Assembly: GCA_964195395.1 (NCBI GenBank)
Contig: CAXMPP010000001.1
Location: 1-57,847, forward strand
Source: an uncultured Thermodesulfobacteriota bacterium
GTDB taxonomy: Bacteria; Verrucomicrobiota; Verrucomicrobiia; Verrucomicrobiales; Akkermansiaceae
Length of the DNA stretch: 57,847 nucleotides
Direction of reading: 5' to 3'
Notes under the pieces: model-generated
The model's input: only the letters and a program-made list of their open reading frames with translations
Told to the model about the DNA's origin: nothing
Databases searched by the model: none
Shown: positions 57,391-57,847 of the stretch, one piece after another
Layout of the letters: each line of letters starts with the position of its first letter
How positions within the stretch are numbered: the stretch's first letter is position 1
Position numbers and translations under genes: made by a program

Positions 57391-57847
57391 TTATTTAATC
57401 GTTTTGATTGATGCGATGTCGCCTAGGCGAACCGCGCTTTTTGTGTCTTCGAGTGTCACTACAAGGGCTCCAGATATATCTGGGCGAACCCTCGCAATGA
57501 TAGCTTCAGCTATTTGGCCGTTACCGCGTAGGATACGGAACGTCATGCCGATGCGCACTTGCTGCTTTCCCCCTGCATTCAGTACCAGCAAGCCAGATTG
57601 GCTATCGATACTGATGATTTTAGCTTCCTGAAGGGAACCAAAATCTACTTGGGGACGCGGCTTGTGCCTTATTCCGAGCTCGACGTCAAGTCCTCTGATT
57701 GCAGATTCTACATTTAGTCGTGCTTCGGCGTCAGCTGCAAAGGCGGTCTTGAGGTATTCACGCACCTGGTTGGTGAGCTTCAGTGCTGCTGTTTCCAGCT
57801 TGCTGTTGCGATCCTCGAGAACCTTGAGGTTGGCCACCGCCTGCTTG
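57391..57847 (-). CDS. Hypothetical coiled-coil plus beta-barrel protein, 5'-partial
   Basis: Frame open to the window edge; C-terminal L-VLN-G---V--GM-F---R...GD. Confidence 0.8.
   Translation of the reverse strand, partial: KQAVANLKVLEDRNSKLETAALKLTNQVREYLKTAFAADAEARLNVESAIRGLDVELGIRHKPRPQVDFGSLQEAKIISIDSQSGLLVLNAGGKQQVRIGMTFRILRGNGQIAEAIIARVRPDISGALVVTLEDTKSAVRLGDIASIKTIK

Overview
A gene-dense bacterial chromosomal segment with roughly balanced GC. Gene content (PVC-type cytochrome-c dehydrogenase, DUF1080, sulfatase, fused SecDF) suggests Verrucomicrobiota, perhaps Rubritalea-like; this is inference. Most of it is housekeeping: pckG, secDF, dtd, a 2-oxoacid dehydrogenase E1a/E1b/E2 set, ruvA, an isolated nuoA, ppc, serC, hemN/hemY/hemH, a U32-family protein, truA and rplV-rpsC-rplP-rpmC-rpsQ-rplN-rplX. 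No rRNA, tRNA, CRISPR array, integrase or transposase was recognised. Main observations: (1) a module at 51.5-53.1 kb with a LuxR-type regulator, a palindrome, a long stem-loop leader and two paralogous 55-60 aa membrane proteins, one absent from the ORF track; (2) a sugar-catabolism locus at 37.5-48.8 kb whose two operons share a 28-bp upstream motif, consistent with a 3-keto-glycoside pathway using an NRAMP-like transporter; (3) a POT peptide transporter with a pseudopilin-GspG-like insertion; (4) a 205-bp MITE-like element upstream of hemN; (5) a ribosomal protein cluster with a non-ribosomal gene directly upstream of rplV and a terminator after a short rplX. All calls come from motif recognition by eye; no database searches or folding programs were run.
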